Position numbers and translations under genes: made by a program
From: Eledone cirrhosa
Taxonomy: Eukaryota
Assembly (NCBI GenBank): GCA_964016885.1
Contig: OZ024741.1
Location: forward strand, 219,666,001 to 219,730,000
Direction: 5' to 3'
DNA: 64,000 bases
Part shown: one piece after another, positions 63,541-64,000 of the stretch
Layout: every line of letters starts with the position of its first letter
How positions within the stretch are numbered: the first letter of the stretch is position 1
Notes under the pieces: model-generated
Seen by the model: only the letters and a program-made list of their open reading frames with translations
Database searches by the model: none
Told to the model about the DNA's origin: nothing

Positions 63541-63730
63541 CTGTTTCGAAGACAATATTGTACATTTATTAAGAGAGAGAGAGAGAGAGAGAGAGGGGGG
63601 ATGTAGAGCAAGAGAAAGAGAGGGGTAGAGAGAGGGAATATATAAACCAAGGTCAAATAGTTTGGAAGCCAATCATAAGAAAAATATCTACTCCTACTTT
63701 AGGCTCTCTTTCTCTTTCTCTCTGAGATGA

Positions 63731-63948
63731 TGTGGCTGAGTGGTTAGATAATTGGATTCACAATCTTGAGGTTGTGAGTTCGATTCCTGGACCGGGCGAT
63801 GCGCTATATCCTTGAGCAAGACACTTTATTTCACACTGCTCCTTCTACCTGGAGTTGCGACCGATAGATAGTATTAGCAATTGGAAAAAGTGTTACCAAC
63901 GGAAAAAGTGTTCCCCCGGTCCGATTTGACGAAAGTCGATCGTTCCTA

Positions 63949-63950
<2 letters not shown>
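63731..63950 (+). mobile_element. tRNA-derived SINE
   Basis: tggctgagtggttag A box, gttcgattcc B box, ccttgagcaagacactttatttcac. Confidence 0.8.
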
Positions 63951-63998
<48 letters not shown>

Positions 63999-64000
63999 AA

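Overview
Repeat-dominated, AT-rich animal DNA, probably an octopod cephalopod (inferred from SINE, RTE and (TA)n content; not verified). Four minus-strand exons (63373-63540, 60940-61022, 58711-58824, 53964-54120) splice in frame into a VWD-C8 module of a mucin/VWF/hemocytin/SCO-spondin-type protein; the rest is probably intron. The intron holds decayed transposons, many embedded in (TA)n: Penelope-like elements (PLEs) of two lineages, RTE, CR1 and Tx1 LINEs, SINEs, a Helitron, a mariner-type MITE, a probable hATm fragment, and satellites. The main unannotated signal is more than 20 type I hammerhead ribozyme (HHR) motifs from about a dozen sequence families, several with variant cores (U3-A8, C4). 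Many sit in short non-coding fold-back elements that carry one ribozyme per strand, have asymmetric arms and are flanked by (TA)n. All calls were made by eye; coordinates may be off by a few bases and no searches were run.
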